Notes: a model not told the origin generated them from the sequence alone. Numbered from the stretch's first letter, positions 1 to 10,023 are shown. The stretch is 64,000 nt of DNA from an uncultured Verrucomicrobiae bacterium (GCA_963706715.1 CAVPNI010000002.1:288001-352000); one strand, 5' to 3'. A program made the numbers and translations.

Positions 1-342
1 CTCTGTTCGCAACTTCAGAAGGGCCTGCAGCCCAACCCTGATGAAGACATAATTAGCGCCTAAATTTAGAATCCCCCAAAGGGCGTGAATGATCACTACG
101 GCTATACAGAGAGCCAATATCCGCCCCCCCTCACTGGCACCAGGCAGCCAATAACGAAGAAATTGAGCTGCTCCAACATGACCCGCAGTATTTGCAGGGG
201 AAAGCACCCCATCCACTATAAACTTAAATGGCCATGGCTTTAACAAATTCATTCCAATGGCCCCCAAGCTCAAGATGATACCGAGAAACGTTGCCGACAC
301 GTAAGGCCGAAAGTACTTTAATGTACGAAGATAAACGGACAT
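1..342 (-). CDS. ABC transporter permease/ATP-binding protein (MsbA-like), N-terminal part; runs off the window edge
   Basis: Hand translation from ATG at 342: MSVYLRTLKYFRPYVSATFLGIILSLGAIGMNLLKPWPFKFIVDGVL...VGLQALLKLRTE. LLKPWPxKxIVD and 'LR' motifs are typical of ABC exporter TM domains. Not in the supplied ORF track. Confidence 0.75.
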   Translation of the reverse strand, partial: MSVYLRTLKYFRPYVSATFLGIILSLGAIGMNLLKPWPFKFIVDGVLSPANTAGHVGAAQFLRYWLPGASEGGRILALCIAVVIIHALWGILNLGANYVFIRVGLQALLKLRTE

Positions 343-446
343 GCTGGTGTGTTATTTATGATGAGAGACACCTCTAACCTCTGCGGCGGATCTTGCTCAT
401 GCACCGATTCACGGGCATAACAAACTTTAATCTATGTCATTAGGAT

Positions 447-1190
447 TTGCCAAGCACCGCGCATCTGAAGAATATTTCCGATTTTATAGAATATCCTGTG
501 CAAGCCCCAATTGCTCCTAATAATCTTCCGCCCCATAGGATCAGACATCTCCGCAATAGGCTGATTGCCGGAATCTTGGTCTCCGTTCCTCTGGTAGTTA
601 CCATCATTGTACTTAAAATTGCCTACAGTACGATCAATAACTTCTCCGCACCTATTTTTCGATATCTGAGCATCGATTTTCCCGGTCTGGGCTTTGTCAC
701 CACCCTTTTGTTTCTTCTTTTATTGGGGTTTATGGCGACGAATGTCTTCGGTCGCCGCATTATCGAAAAATGCGAGTCCCTCATCCTCAAAATACCAGTA
801 ATCGCCCATGTTTATGGTGGAGTCAAACAAGCCATCGAATCAGTACGGAACATCAAAACCAGCTCAAACTTCAAACGCGTAGCCTATGTTCCCTACCCTA
901 GCCCCGGCTGCTATCTCATCGGGTTTGTCACCGGTACACTCCACGATGAGGCTCTGGGCTGTGAAATGACAGCCGTCTTTCTCCCAACAACGCCAAATCC
1001 CTTCACTGGCTATATGATCTTCGTCGAAAGTTCCCGTGTCATTGAGAGTGGTCTCACCTTAGAACAGGCTACCAAAGCCGTGGTCTCCGCCGGCCTGGTC
1101 TCTCCAACCAAGCCAGATCCCGCTCTCTCCCCATTTCCTCCGCCAGTTTTTGACTCATCCCCTAACGCCAAAATAAATAATCAACTTTGA
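447..1190 (+). CDS. DUF502 family membrane protein
   Basis: LIAGILVSVPLVVT TM start, IPVIAHVYGGVKQ, YPSPG..IGFVTG and VFLPTTPNPFTG motifs; true start may be downstream of 447. Confidence 0.85.
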   Translation: MPSTAHLKNISDFIEYPVQAPIAPNNLPPHRIRHLRNRLIAGILVSVPLVVTIIVLKIAYSTINNFSAPIFRYLSIDFPGLGFVTTLLFLLLLGFMATNVFGRRIIEKCESLILKIPVIAHVYGGVKQAIESVRNIKTSSNFKRVAYVPYPSPGCYLIGFVTGTLHDEALGCEMTAVFLPTTPNPFTGYMIFVESSRVIESGLTLEQATKAVVSAGLVSPTKPDPALSPFPPPVFDSSPNAKINNQL

Positions 1191-1326
1191 ACGTCCCCCC
1201 CTTTTTTTTGTCAATATAAGTACGGAGAGGGAGGGTGCGAAGGGAAAGGGAGGGGGATAGGCGCAAGGGGAAAAGGAACTTATGAGGGCGAGGGTTGTGA
1301 GGAAATAAAATGAAAAGTCACAAACT

Positions 1327-1512
1327 ATGAAAACCCGGTACCGTAGAATAAATCGGAAGCACTATTCGCTAGGAGAGTTGATTACCATCGTGAACTCCTG
1401 TACAAGAAACAAAGTCGAATCTCTCGCGACTCTTTCAGATCTTTTTAAAAGCGGCAGAGTGGTGGTCCTGTCAGGAAAAACCGTAAAACGGCTCCGCTTG
1501 GGGACTTGCTAG
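1327..1512 (+). CDS. small basic hypothetical protein (61 aa)
   Basis: ATG-started ORF filling the gap before purB, with a purine-rich leader and plausible composition. Confidence 0.55.
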   Translation: MKTRYRRINRKHYSLGELITIVNSCTRNKVESLATLSDLFKSGRVVVLSGKTVKRLRLGTC

Positions 1513-1617
1513 CTGCTGACAGACGAGCAGGGCAACTGAGCAAATTAGGAGTGCGATCGATTTTCGTGGTGGAGTGTCATGCCTTTTTCCTAAGGTACGG
1601 AGACACCTGTTACACGC

Positions 1618-2913
1618 GTGATTGCAAGATACTCTTTGCCGGAAATGCGCTCTCTTTGGACCGAGCAGCGCAAATTGGAAATTTGGTTGGAAATTGAGAT
1701 TTTGGCCTGTGAGGCGATGGCTGAAATGGGCCAGATTCCAATTCAAGATGCGCAGGCTATTCGGGAGCGAGCGGCATTTGAAATTGATGAGGTGCGCGAA
1801 ATCGAGTCCCGCACGCATCACGATGTCATCGCTTTTCTTGAAAATGTGGCGGCTCATGTCGGCCCTGCAGCTCGGTGGATTCATCAGGGTCTTACGTCTT
1901 CGGATTTATTGGACACCACCCTAGCATATCAAATGACGCAGTCTGCGGATCTTCTCTTGGGTGATATCCAAAATCTGCGAGCGACTGTGGCGGAAACAGC
2001 CAAAAAGCATCGCCTTACGCCTATGATAGGACGCAGCCATGGAATTCACGCCGAACCCATTACCTTTGGACTTAAAATGGCCCTGATGTTTGATGAATTC
2101 GGGCGGGCGGAGGAACGTCTCAAACAAGCAAAAGAAAGAATCCGAGTCGGCAAAATCAGCGGCGCTGTGGGGACGCACGCTCATTTGGATCCCGCGATCG
2201 AGAAGTTTGTCTGTCAGCGTCTAAGCCTACTGCCGGCCAAGCTTTCCACACAGATCATCCAGCGCGATCGCCATGCGGATTTCCTTTGCGCGCTCGCTGT
2301 GACTGCTTCCAGCGTCGACCGGTGGGCGACGGAGTTCCGGCACCTTCAACGGACAGAGGTCCTCGAAGTCGAAGAATTTTTTGATGAAGGTCAGAAAGGC
2401 AGCTCAGCCATGCCCCATAAGCGGAATCCGATTACCGCCGAGCGCCTGAGCGGGCTTGCTCGCGTCATCCGGGGAAATGCGGTGGCCGCCATGGAGAATG
2501 TCACCCTTTGGCACGAACGCGACATCAGCCACAGCAGCGCGGAGCGCATCATTTTACCAGATTCCTGTATCTTGTTAGATTACATGCTGGTTACTCTTCG
2601 AAAACTAGTTTCCGGCCTCTGCATTTATCCGGAAAATATGGAGCGCAATATGGCGCTGACACAGGGGTTGTATGCGAGTCAATCCGTTCTCCTTCTTCTT
2701 ACAAGGAAGGGCCTCGCAAGGAAAGAGGCCTATGAAGCGGTTCAGCGTGCTGCAATGCGTACCTGGAAGGAGGGCTTTCCTTTCCAAAAAAGCTTATTGC
2801 AAGAGCCCCTCATCCACAAAAATCTGAGCGAAGAAGAAATTGCCTCCGCATGTTCCACAGCCAGTCATTTCGCCCATGTCGATGAAAAATTCCAACTCCT
2901 TGGTATCGATTAA
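1618..2913 (+). CDS. purB: adenylosuccinate lyase
   Basis: MIARYS start, THHDVIAF, GRSHGIHAEP and the GSSAMPHKRNP signature. Confidence 0.97.
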   Translation: MIARYSLPEMRSLWTEQRKLEIWLEIEILACEAMAEMGQIPIQDAQAIRERAAFEIDEVREIESRTHHDVIAFLENVAAHVGPAARWIHQGLTSSDLLDTTLAYQMTQSADLLLGDIQNLRATVAETAKKHRLTPMIGRSHGIHAEPITFGLKMALMFDEFGRAEERLKQAKERIRVGKISGAVGTHAHLDPAIEKFVCQRLSLLPAKLSTQIIQRDRHADFLCALAVTASSVDRWATEFRHLQRTEVLEVEEFFDEGQKGSSAMPHKRNPITAERLSGLARVIRGNAVAAMENVTLWHERDISHSSAERIILPDSCILLDYMLVTLRKLVSGLCIYPENMERNMALTQGLYASQSVLLLLTRKGLARKEAYEAVQRAAMRTWKEGFPFQKSLLQEPLIHKNLSEEEIASACSTASHFAHVDEKFQLLGID

Positions 2914-2962
2914 ACCCGAAACAACCTTGCCGGTGGATTTCCCCATAGCATAGTAGTTTACT

Positions 2963-4138
2963 ATGAGTGTTTCCCATATGAGTCGTTTCTCCCTGATCAA
3001 TTGCCTCAGGATTTTCCTGCTATCGCTGTTTCCGGTGACTTCTATTCTTGCTCAACCCGCCACTCCAGCGCCGACAGCTCAACCGACTGCGTCTCAGCAG
3101 AACTCTGCTCCTCAGCAGGCAAACAAGGATGCAATAGTCGTCGTCCTGGGTTATCACCGGTTTGAAGACCGGCCTCGAGATATGCTTGCCATCAATCCGC
3201 AGACATTTCGGGAGCAAATGCAGACCCTAAAAAGCAGCGGCATTCCAGTAATTTCCTTAAAAGATTTCTTAGCTTGGCGAAAGGGTGAAAAGGCCATCCC
3301 ACCTCGAAGTGCTTTGATTACCATCGACGATGGTTACCTCTCAGGATATGCCGTCGCCTGGCCGATTTTGAAGGAATTTGGCTATCCATTTGTCATCTAC
3401 ATCTATACAAATTATGTGAATGTGGGTGGCAAATCCATGACATGGGACCAACTCCGGGAAATGCGCGATGCTGGTGCGGAGTTCGGTAACCATAGTGCTT
3501 CACACGATAACATGGTTCGTCCGAAAAATCTGAAAGGCGGTAACTATCAAGAATGGCTAAAAAACGAACTCTTTGGCTCCAAACAAATCCTCGAATCTCA
3601 GATGAATGTCCCCATTACCACCTTCGCATTTCCTTATGGGATTCATAATGCTCAGATTAGAGAAGATGCGCTGAAGCATGGATACCAAGCCATGTTCACC
3701 GTTAATCCGGTTCCCATTCGATTCTCCTCCCTAGCAGGCGCACTGGGGCGCTTCATCATCTCTTCCACCCAACCGGCAACCTTTAAAAATGCACTCCGCG
3801 CCCTTGAGGGATCGGGTTCGGCGATCCCTGAAATGCAGGGTTCAGGAGGTTCTTCGCCCGCTATCGTAACTGAACCGAAAAAGGACGAAACCATTCATAA
3901 TCCACTCCCTGAAATTAAAGCGGATCTGACTCCCTTCGGGAACGTCCAACCGGATTCGATTCGATTAGCTATCAGCAGCTTTGGTCCTGTATCCGCCAAC
4001 TACGACCCCAAGACTAAGCAACTCTCCTATAAAGTCACTCGCCCCCTTCGGGAAAAAAATGTCACCGTTTTCTTATCCGCAAAAAATGAAACCGGCCCTG
4101 TGGGTACGACGTGGACCTTCCATTATAATCCAAAGTGA
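2963..4138 (+). CDS. secreted polysaccharide deacetylase (CE4/NodB family) with C-terminal Ig-like domain
   Basis: Signal peptide, VLGYHRF, ITIDDG, GNHSASH and FAFPYG motifs. Confidence 0.88.
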   Translation: MSVSHMSRFSLINCLRIFLLSLFPVTSILAQPATPAPTAQPTASQQNSAPQQANKDAIVVVLGYHRFEDRPRDMLAINPQTFREQMQTLKSSGIPVISLKDFLAWRKGEKAIPPRSALITIDDGYLSGYAVAWPILKEFGYPFVIYIYTNYVNVGGKSMTWDQLREMRDAGAEFGNHSASHDNMVRPKNLKGGNYQEWLKNELFGSKQILESQMNVPITTFAFPYGIHNAQIREDALKHGYQAMFTVNPVPIRFSSLAGALGRFIISSTQPATFKNALRALEGSGSAIPEMQGSGGSSPAIVTEPKKDETIHNPLPEIKADLTPFGNVQPDSIRLAISSFGPVSANYDPKTKQLSYKVTRPLREKNVTVFLSAKNETGPVGTTWTFHYNPK

Positions 4139-4161
4139 CGGCTCCTGCCAACTAACAACTG

Positions 4162-4192
4162 TTTTCCCCTCTTCCTGCGTAACATCAGTTAC
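4162..4192. repeat. isolated IS701-type terminal repeat (TTTTCCCCTCTTCCTGCGTAACATCAGTTAC)
   Basis: CTGCGTAACATCAG is the reverse complement of the IS701 end at 48990; a near-identical copy lies at about 7231-7256. Confidence 0.65.
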
Positions 4193-4609
4193 TTAATCTG
4201 GAATAATCAAAGGAATTTTCTTTCCATTTCTTAACCGGTAGATTTTGAAATGAGCATCTGTTGTCCAGATCACGGGATTTTTAATCATTTCCGCCATGGA
4301 CACAAGACAGGCATCAGCAAGAGACGTAGGGGTATCAGTATATTTTTGCATGATGTCATGAACACTTTCTCGATATTCATTCAGCTTCCAATTAAGAACG
4401 ATAAAGTTCGGCTCAGATAAAAGGGCAAGCATCTTTTGCTTTCCTGTTTTGACTTGTGCGAGTCTAAAAAATGTTTCTGTCAACACTGCCTCACAAGTAT
4501 GAAAGCGCTCCTTAACTGTTTTCGAGGTTTCAACCGCCCAAGTATGAAATTGGTCGCGCCGGTCAAGAATTGCAACAAAAGGACCCGTATCGATAATCAG
4601 AGTATTCAT
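4193..4609 (-). CDS. vapC: PIN-domain (VapC-type) toxin ribonuclease
   Basis: IIDTGPFVA...EAVLTE...SLADACLV...WTTDAHF: all four acidic PIN residues present; start overlaps the antitoxin stop (ATGA). Confidence 0.88.
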   Translation of the reverse strand: MNTLIIDTGPFVAILDRRDQFHTWAVETSKTVKERFHTCEAVLTETFFRLAQVKTGKQKMLALLSEPNFIVLNWKLNEYRESVHDIMQKYTDTPTSLADACLVSMAEMIKNPVIWTTDAHFKIYRLRNGKKIPLIIPD

Positions 4610-4859
4610 TTGCTGCGTTTGGCTGGTTGAACATCTTGCCCAAAGCCTTTCATATACTTTGGGTTTGTACTGAGATCACCAGGACCCTCAATCGTCCCAA
4701 TCAGATCCTTTATACGATCGTACGCGGAAAGTTGCTGAGATTTTCCCGTTAATTTTTCTTTGATTACCTTGCTGACAGTCGTTTTTGCAGTCGTGCAAGA
4801 TGGCTCAATTCCGCATATAAAGGGCCATCCAGATAAATACAGACATTCTTTCCTAGCAT
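4606..4859 (-). pseudogene. RHH/CopG-type antitoxin split by a one-base frameshift in an A5 run
   Basis: From ATG at 4859: MLGKNVCIYLDGPLYAELSHLARLQK, then in the -1 frame TTVSKVIKEKL...SAYDRIKDLIGTIEGPGDLSTNPKYMKGFG. Length is 254 nt, one short of a multiple of 3; the junction is T5 at 4782-4786 (+ strand). Confidence 0.8.
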
Positions 4860-5016
4860 GGTTCTTTTGATTGCTATCGCCATCACAAAAAACAATACTA
4901 CGAAATATATTAGAAATCAATATATTGCTTATATATGTTTCTGACAAATATTCCAGATTGCCATCCGGGATGCATTGACTAATATTTCGCGTTTTCCTAT
5001 TTCATATCTCCCTTCC

Positions 5017-7104
5017 ATGAACAATCTGATTGGCTTCTTTTTGCCTTCGCTAAATTCTCAAATTGTTTTTTCACTTGCCTGCGGCGTCATCGGCTTGATT
5101 GTGGCGCTAGGGCTCATTCGAATGATCCTCTCCGCATCTGTAGGATCGCAAGCTTTACAAAAGATCGCTGCGGCAATCCAAGAGGGGGCTCTGGCTTATT
5201 TGCGGCGACAAATTGTCACCATCAGTTGTATCGCGATCCTTATTTTTTGTCTTTTCCTTTGGCTCAGGGGACTTCCCACCGCATTGGGTTTTTTAGTTGG
5301 TGCAATTTGTTCGTTAGCGGCTGGCTATGTCGGCATGCGGATTGCTGTCATTGCGAATGTCCGTACAGCCCAAGCGGCAACAAGCGACCCATTGAAAGCT
5401 TTGCGACTGGCCTTTAATGGGGGCGCAGTCACCGGCCTTTTAGTGGTCGCCTTGGCTCTTTTGGCTGTGGGCGTATATTATTTAATAGCCCGAAATTTCA
5501 TGGACATCCGTGAAACGGTTAATTCCTTAGTGGGCCTTGCACTTGGAGCTAGTTTGATCAGTGTCTTCGCGCGACTTGGAGGAGGAATTTATACGAAAGC
5601 CGCTGATGTCGGGGCCGATTTGGTGGGTAAAATCGAGCAACAGTTGGATGAAGATGATCCTCGAAATCCAGCAACGATTGCGGACAATGTAGGCGACAAT
5701 GTGGGGGATTGCGCGGGAATGGCTGCCGACGTATTTGAAACATACGCCGTAAGCCTTATTGGAGCGGTCCTTGTCGGTTTCCTTTTGACCCCATTTGGGT
5801 CCGGTGCCATAGCGCTTCCCTTTTTATTAGGAGGAATTTCAATTCTCGGGTCTATTCTCGGCATCGTTTTCGTGAATGTTTTTCGGTGTTCTCCGGGCAT
5901 CTCTCTCATGACTGCTGTCGGGATCAATGCCGCATTCTCGGCCATCGCGTTTTATCCCGTCATCACCAGCATCATTCCCCCTACCCTTGAAGTTGCTCTG
6001 CAGAATTACTCCTCGTTCAATATTTATATTGCAGCTTTGACGGGCTTGGCAATGACCGTGGCCGTAGTCCTGATTACCAATTATTACACTTCCACGGCCT
6101 ATCGTCCTGTCCAAGCTATTGCCCGAGCCTCTGAGACGGGTCACGCTACCAACGTGATAGCAGGCCTCGCTACCGGCAACCATGCCACTGCTTTGCCTGT
6201 CATTTTCATTATAGGTGCTATTTTACTGAGTTATAACATGGGTGGACTCTACGGTGTCGCCATAGCCGTAATGAGTATGCTTTCGCTTGCAGGAATTATT
6301 ATTTCCCTCGATGCCTTTGGGCCTATCACCGACAATGCCGGTGGTATTGCCGTCATGGGCGGGCTCTCTAAGGAAACCCGGGAGGTTACTGATAGTTTGG
6401 ACGCAGTTGGCAACACGATGAAGGCTGTCACCAAGGGCTACGCCATTGCCTCTGCCGGGCTTGCTGCTCTTGTCCTTTTTGGTTCTTATGTGCAAGAACT
6501 TCAAATTCACGTTGCATCCAGTAATGGCGAAGCTTCCTTTCTTTCGTTCTCGTTGGGAGATCCACGGGTATTGGTAGGTCTTTTGATCGGTGGTCTCCTT
6601 CCCTTTTCTTTTAGTGCTTTTAGCCTGGATGCCGTTGGAAAGGCGGCGGCTGCCGTTGTGCGCGAGGTCCGGCGTCAGATTGAGCTGAAGCCCGGAATTC
6701 TTAAAGGCGAAGATACTCCGGAATATGCGACTTGCGTGGATATCGTCACAAAGGCTGCGCTCCGAGAAATGATTGTCCCGGCACTTCTGCCAGTGGTGAC
6801 GGTCGTCGCTGTAGCCGCAATTCCTTGGCTGGGTATGATCGCTCTTGGTGGCGTTCTGGTCGGTACTATCGTTACCGGACTTTTTCTGGCGATTGCCATG
6901 ACCTCCGCAGGAGGGGCATGGGATAACGCTAAAAAGTTTATTGAAGGAGGCCATTTCGGAGGCAAGGGTTCCAATGCTCACGCCGCCGCAGTTACCGGCG
7001 ATACGGTAGGTGACCCTTATAAAGATACGGCGGGTCCCGCCATTAACCCCATGATTAAAGTGGTAAATATCGTCGCTATTCTCATTATTCCTATTGTCTT
7101 TTAA
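5017..7104 (+). CDS. hppA: membrane-bound pyrophosphatase, K+-independent H+-pumping type
   Basis: GGGIYTKAADVGADLVGK, DNVGDNVGD and GDTVGDPYKD motifs; GNTMKA carries the Lys diagnostic of K+-independent enzymes. Confidence 0.95.
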   Translation: MNNLIGFFLPSLNSQIVFSLACGVIGLIVALGLIRMILSASVGSQALQKIAAAIQEGALAYLRRQIVTISCIAILIFCLFLWLRGLPTALGFLVGAICSLAAGYVGMRIAVIANVRTAQAATSDPLKALRLAFNGGAVTGLLVVALALLAVGVYYLIARNFMDIRETVNSLVGLALGASLISVFARLGGGIYTKAADVGADLVGKIEQQLDEDDPRNPATIADNVGDNVGDCAGMAADVFETYAVSLIGAVLVGFLLTPFGSGAIALPFLLGGISILGSILGIVFVNVFRCSPGISLMTAVGINAAFSAIAFYPVITSIIPPTLEVALQNYSSFNIYIAALTGLAMTVAVVLITNYYTSTAYRPVQAIARASETGHATNVIAGLATGNHATALPVIFIIGAILLSYNMGGLYGVAIAVMSMLSLAGIIISLDAFGPITDNAGGIAVMGGLSKETREVTDSLDAVGNTMKAVTKGYAIASAGLAALVLFGSYVQELQIHVASSNGEASFLSFSLGDPRVLVGLLIGGLLPFSFSAFSLDAVGKAAAAVVREVRRQIELKPGILKGEDTPEYATCVDIVTKAALREMIVPALLPVVTVVAVAAIPWLGMIALGGVLVGTIVTGLFLAIAMTSAGGAWDNAKKFIEGGHFGGKGSNAHAAAVTGDTVGDPYKDTAGPAINPMIKVVNIVAILIIPIVF

Positions 7105-7230
7105 GGGCGGCGGCGGAGCGCCGCTCTCCTTGAAAAGCAACAATTCCAAGGGTGCTTTTTTTTCGGTCCCTCGTCAATTGGATGTCTTATGTCGAGGAGC
7201 CCTTTTTTCATTCGCCTTTTATTTTAGCAC

Positions 7231-7256
7231 TTTTCTCCTCTTCCTGCGTAACATCA
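7231..7256. repeat. isolated IS701-type terminal repeat
   Basis: TTTTCTCCTCTTCCTGCGTAACATCA, near-identical to 4162-4187. Confidence 0.6.
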
Positions 7257-7288
7257 TATAGGAGTCATGCTATAAAACGAACTTTTCT

Positions 7289-8290
7289 TTATGTTCGCCG
7301 AGTATGTTTACGCTGTCTTGAGACCGGAGGACTGCTTTTCTTAGTTTTCTTCGGAGCAGCAACTTTGGTAAGACGACTGGCTGCGACTTCTTCCGGGGTG
7401 AGCCCCAGCCCGTATACCAACAAGCTCTGGCCATCCTTCCAAATTTTTGAGCGAGCAGGTTCTCCGAGAATGACGGCGATGACATCTCTTCCTCGCCAAC
7501 TTCCGCTTGCAATGAGGCAATGACCCGCTTTGTCGGTATAACCGGTCTTCATCCCATTACAAAATGAATAGTCCCGCAAAAGATGGTTAGTATTTGGAAT
7601 GATCACGGTTTTTCCGCTATTAAATCGAAAGGAAATTGCGCGATAGCCGACAATTTCATGCACTATCGGATTAGCGTATGCTGCCCTCGCAACTATAGCC
7701 ATGTCTCGTGCGGTGGAATATTGAGTATCACAAGGCAGACCATTCGGATTCTCGAAATGGGAGGAGGCTCCTTTGAGATCGGCCATCCGGCGATTCATTT
7801 TTTCCGCAAAGGCGGCCACACTTCCTGCATTATCACGTGCAAGCGCAACTGCGACATCGTTCGCACTTTTCACTAACAGTGCAACGAGAAGTCCTTTCCG
7901 AGTATAGACTTCTCCTGCACGTAGGCCCAATTTGGTAGGCAGTACCACGGTGTCGGATTTGTCTATCATCACTGGTTTATCGAGGTTGCCGCTTTCGGCA
8001 ATAATCAAAGCCGTCAGGAGTTTTTGGGTACTGGCAACCTGGCGAGGTTCGGTTTCGTTGTGCTTTAAAATAATTTTCCCCGTATGAGCATCAAATAATA
8101 CCGTCGCCTTGGCGGTAATGACGGGTGGACTTGCTCCGGAAGCAGGAATGGGAAAGGAAACGGTTGTTTCTTGTGCGGCGGGAGATGCGGCTGGGGAAGG
8201 AGAGGGTTGCTGCGCGATGAGCAGGCCAGGAACGGCAATGAGAATCGCGCTAGTAAAATTTCTCAATCGAAAAAATGTGGTGGGGATCAT
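7289..8290 (-). CDS. dacA: D-alanyl-D-alanine carboxypeptidase (peptidase S11)
   Basis: ASTQK (SxxK), SAN (SxN), KTG motifs and FENPNGL; start at 8290 overlaps the upstream stop (ATGA). Confidence 0.92.
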   Translation of the reverse strand: MIPTTFFRLRNFTSAILIAVPGLLIAQQPSPSPAASPAAQETTVSFPIPASGASPPVITAKATVLFDAHTGKIILKHNETEPRQVASTQKLLTALIIAESGNLDKPVMIDKSDTVVLPTKLGLRAGEVYTRKGLLVALLVKSANDVAVALARDNAGSVAAFAEKMNRRMADLKGASSHFENPNGLPCDTQYSTARDMAIVARAAYANPIVHEIVGYRAISFRFNSGKTVIIPNTNHLLRDYSFCNGMKTGYTDKAGHCLIASGSWRGRDVIAVILGEPARSKIWKDGQSLLVYGLGLTPEEVAASRLTKVAAPKKTKKSSPPVSRQRKHTRRT

Positions 8291-9075
8291 TTGGCAGAGT
8301 GAGAAACCTCCTTGGAAGAATAATGACTTTTGAAACTTTTCTCCATATTGGCATCTCGAGGAGCACCACATTGTAAAGCAATATAATAGTGTCGCTTGGC
8401 AAGCTCAACAGCGGCTGGGGTACGGTCCATATAGACAACAGCGAGATTATAGTGAGCGTCGCGATAAGTGGTGTCAAGTTCCACGGCGGCACGGAGTTCT
8501 GATTCAGCCGCATCCGACCATCCCAGGCGATTCATGACGACCCCGAGGTAATTATGAACCCGCGCATTCTGAGCTTCATATAATCTTGCTTGGGCAAGCG
8601 CAGCCAAGGCCTCATCCAGACGATTTTGATCCATGTACATGATGCCGAGCGTAAGCCAGGCGGTACCGGTTTCCAAACGCAGCGAAAGGGCGTGTTTCAA
8701 ATTTTTTTCAGCAGAGGCGTTTTCCCCCAATCGATACTCAGCAACACCTAAATTAACGAGTCCTACCAGATTATTGGGCGCAAGCTGGAGCACTTCTTGA
8801 TAGGCGCGAACCGCTTGCCGGAAATTTCCTTGGGTAAAAGCAGCGTTACCTTCCGCTGCAGCTCGTCGGGCTTCAGCGGGTATAAATTCAGATGGACCTT
8901 GCGCCGATGAGGGAGAAAGCAAATGGCCGGCGGCGGAATTGTCTGAGAAAGAAGATGAGGTGGAGGTTGCAGCGGCAGTGGACGGAGAAGATCCCGCTTG
9001 TTTGCCAAATCCGAAATTGATCGCTACTAATACCATTGTCACACCAAGTGAGCTAGTGTGTAAGAGGCTGTTCAT
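8287..9075 (-). CDS. TPR-repeat exported protein
   Basis: Several TPR helices (A..NLGV, AWLTLG, VHNYLG, AHYNLA). Confidence 0.85.
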   Translation of the reverse strand: MNSLLHTSSLGVTMVLVAINFGFGKQAGSSPSTAAATSTSSSFSDNSAAGHLLSPSSAQGPSEFIPAEARRAAAEGNAAFTQGNFRQAVRAYQEVLQLAPNNLVGLVNLGVAEYRLGENASAEKNLKHALSLRLETGTAWLTLGIMYMDQNRLDEALAALAQARLYEAQNARVHNYLGVVMNRLGWSDAAESELRAAVELDTTYRDAHYNLAVVYMDRTPAAVELAKRHYYIALQCGAPRDANMEKSFKSHYSSKEVSHSAK

Positions 9076-9104
9076 GTGGCGCCGAGGGAAAGGTACCGCT
9101 TCCT

Positions 9105-9902
9105 TTACGAGCTAGCGCCCAGTTCTTCGGAACGTTCTTTTGCTGTTCGGACTGCTCGAATAAACGCAGCGCGGACACGTTCCTCTTCCAGAACTCCCAA
9201 GGCTGCAGCAGTCGTTCCAGCAGGGCTGGTTACCATTTCTCGGAGCAGGGCTGGATGCAGTCCGGTTTGTTCTGCCATAGCAGCCGCTCCCCGTACGGTC
9301 TGGATCGCCAAATTGAGAGCTACGGGACGAGGCAATCCAACAGCGACCCCCCCATCTGAAAGAGCTTCGATAACCAAATAAATATATGCCGGGCCGCTTC
9401 CACTCACTCCTACAACCGCATTAAAAAGCGATTCTTTGATTTCGATGACGCTTCCTATCGCTTCAAAGATTCGTCGGGCTTGATCGAGATCCGTAGGGGT
9501 TGCGGAGGGCCCCGGAGCCAGGGCCGTGGTACTGACTCCAGCCATCGCACCGGTGTTTGGCATCGCTCGCACGATACGAGCTCCCGAGAGTGCTTGGAGG
9601 CTCTCAGCGGACTTACCCGTCACAATAGAGACCACAGGTTTATCAGACAAAGCATTATCGCAGGATTGCAAGGCCGTCGCAACGTCCCAAGGTTTCACAG
9701 CAAGGATGATCAGTTCCGCTTCTTGGGCAACATCTGCGTTACTCTTGGCAGCACGAATGCCGGTTTCTTTGGCAAGAAGAGCCAATGGCTGCGAACTCCG
9801 GCTTGAAACGATGATGTCGTGAGGAAGACAAAGATTAGCACGCAAGATTCCTTCGATAATGGCTCGAGCCATGCGTCCCCCTCCAATAAATCCGTATCTC
9901 AT
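9105..9902 (-). CDS. proC: pyrroline-5-carboxylate reductase
   Basis: GFIGGGRMA, RAMPN, SGSGPAY and VTSPAGTT motifs. Confidence 0.96.
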   Translation of the reverse strand: MRYGFIGGGRMARAIIEGILRANLCLPHDIIVSSRSSQPLALLAKETGIRAAKSNADVAQEAELIILAVKPWDVATALQSCDNALSDKPVVSIVTGKSAESLQALSGARIVRAMPNTGAMAGVSTTALAPGPSATPTDLDQARRIFEAIGSVIEIKESLFNAVVGVSGSGPAYIYLVIEALSDGGVAVGLPRPVALNLAIQTVRGAAAMAEQTGLHPALLREMVTSPAGTTAAALGVLEEERVRAAFIRAVRTAKERSEELGASS

Positions 9903-10023
9903 ATCAAACTAACGAATCGCATTTCTTGCTAGGACGAGCAAGTCCCTTCCTGCTGACCTCTGTAACTCAAAGTCCCTCAAAAGAGGATTGCATTCAGTCG
10001 GCATCCTTGGCTACCACTCCCTG

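Noticed and set aside
4860..4947. N-terminal part of the 113-aa ORF 4606..4947
   Set aside because: AT-rich promoter DNA; the real RHH N-terminus is in another frame starting at 4859.
6223..7149. Long antisense ORF (308 aa); likewise 14248..15207, 16771..17421, 26773..27426 and 38234..38854
   Set aside because: Shadow frames opposite well-supported genes, with no recognisable motifs.
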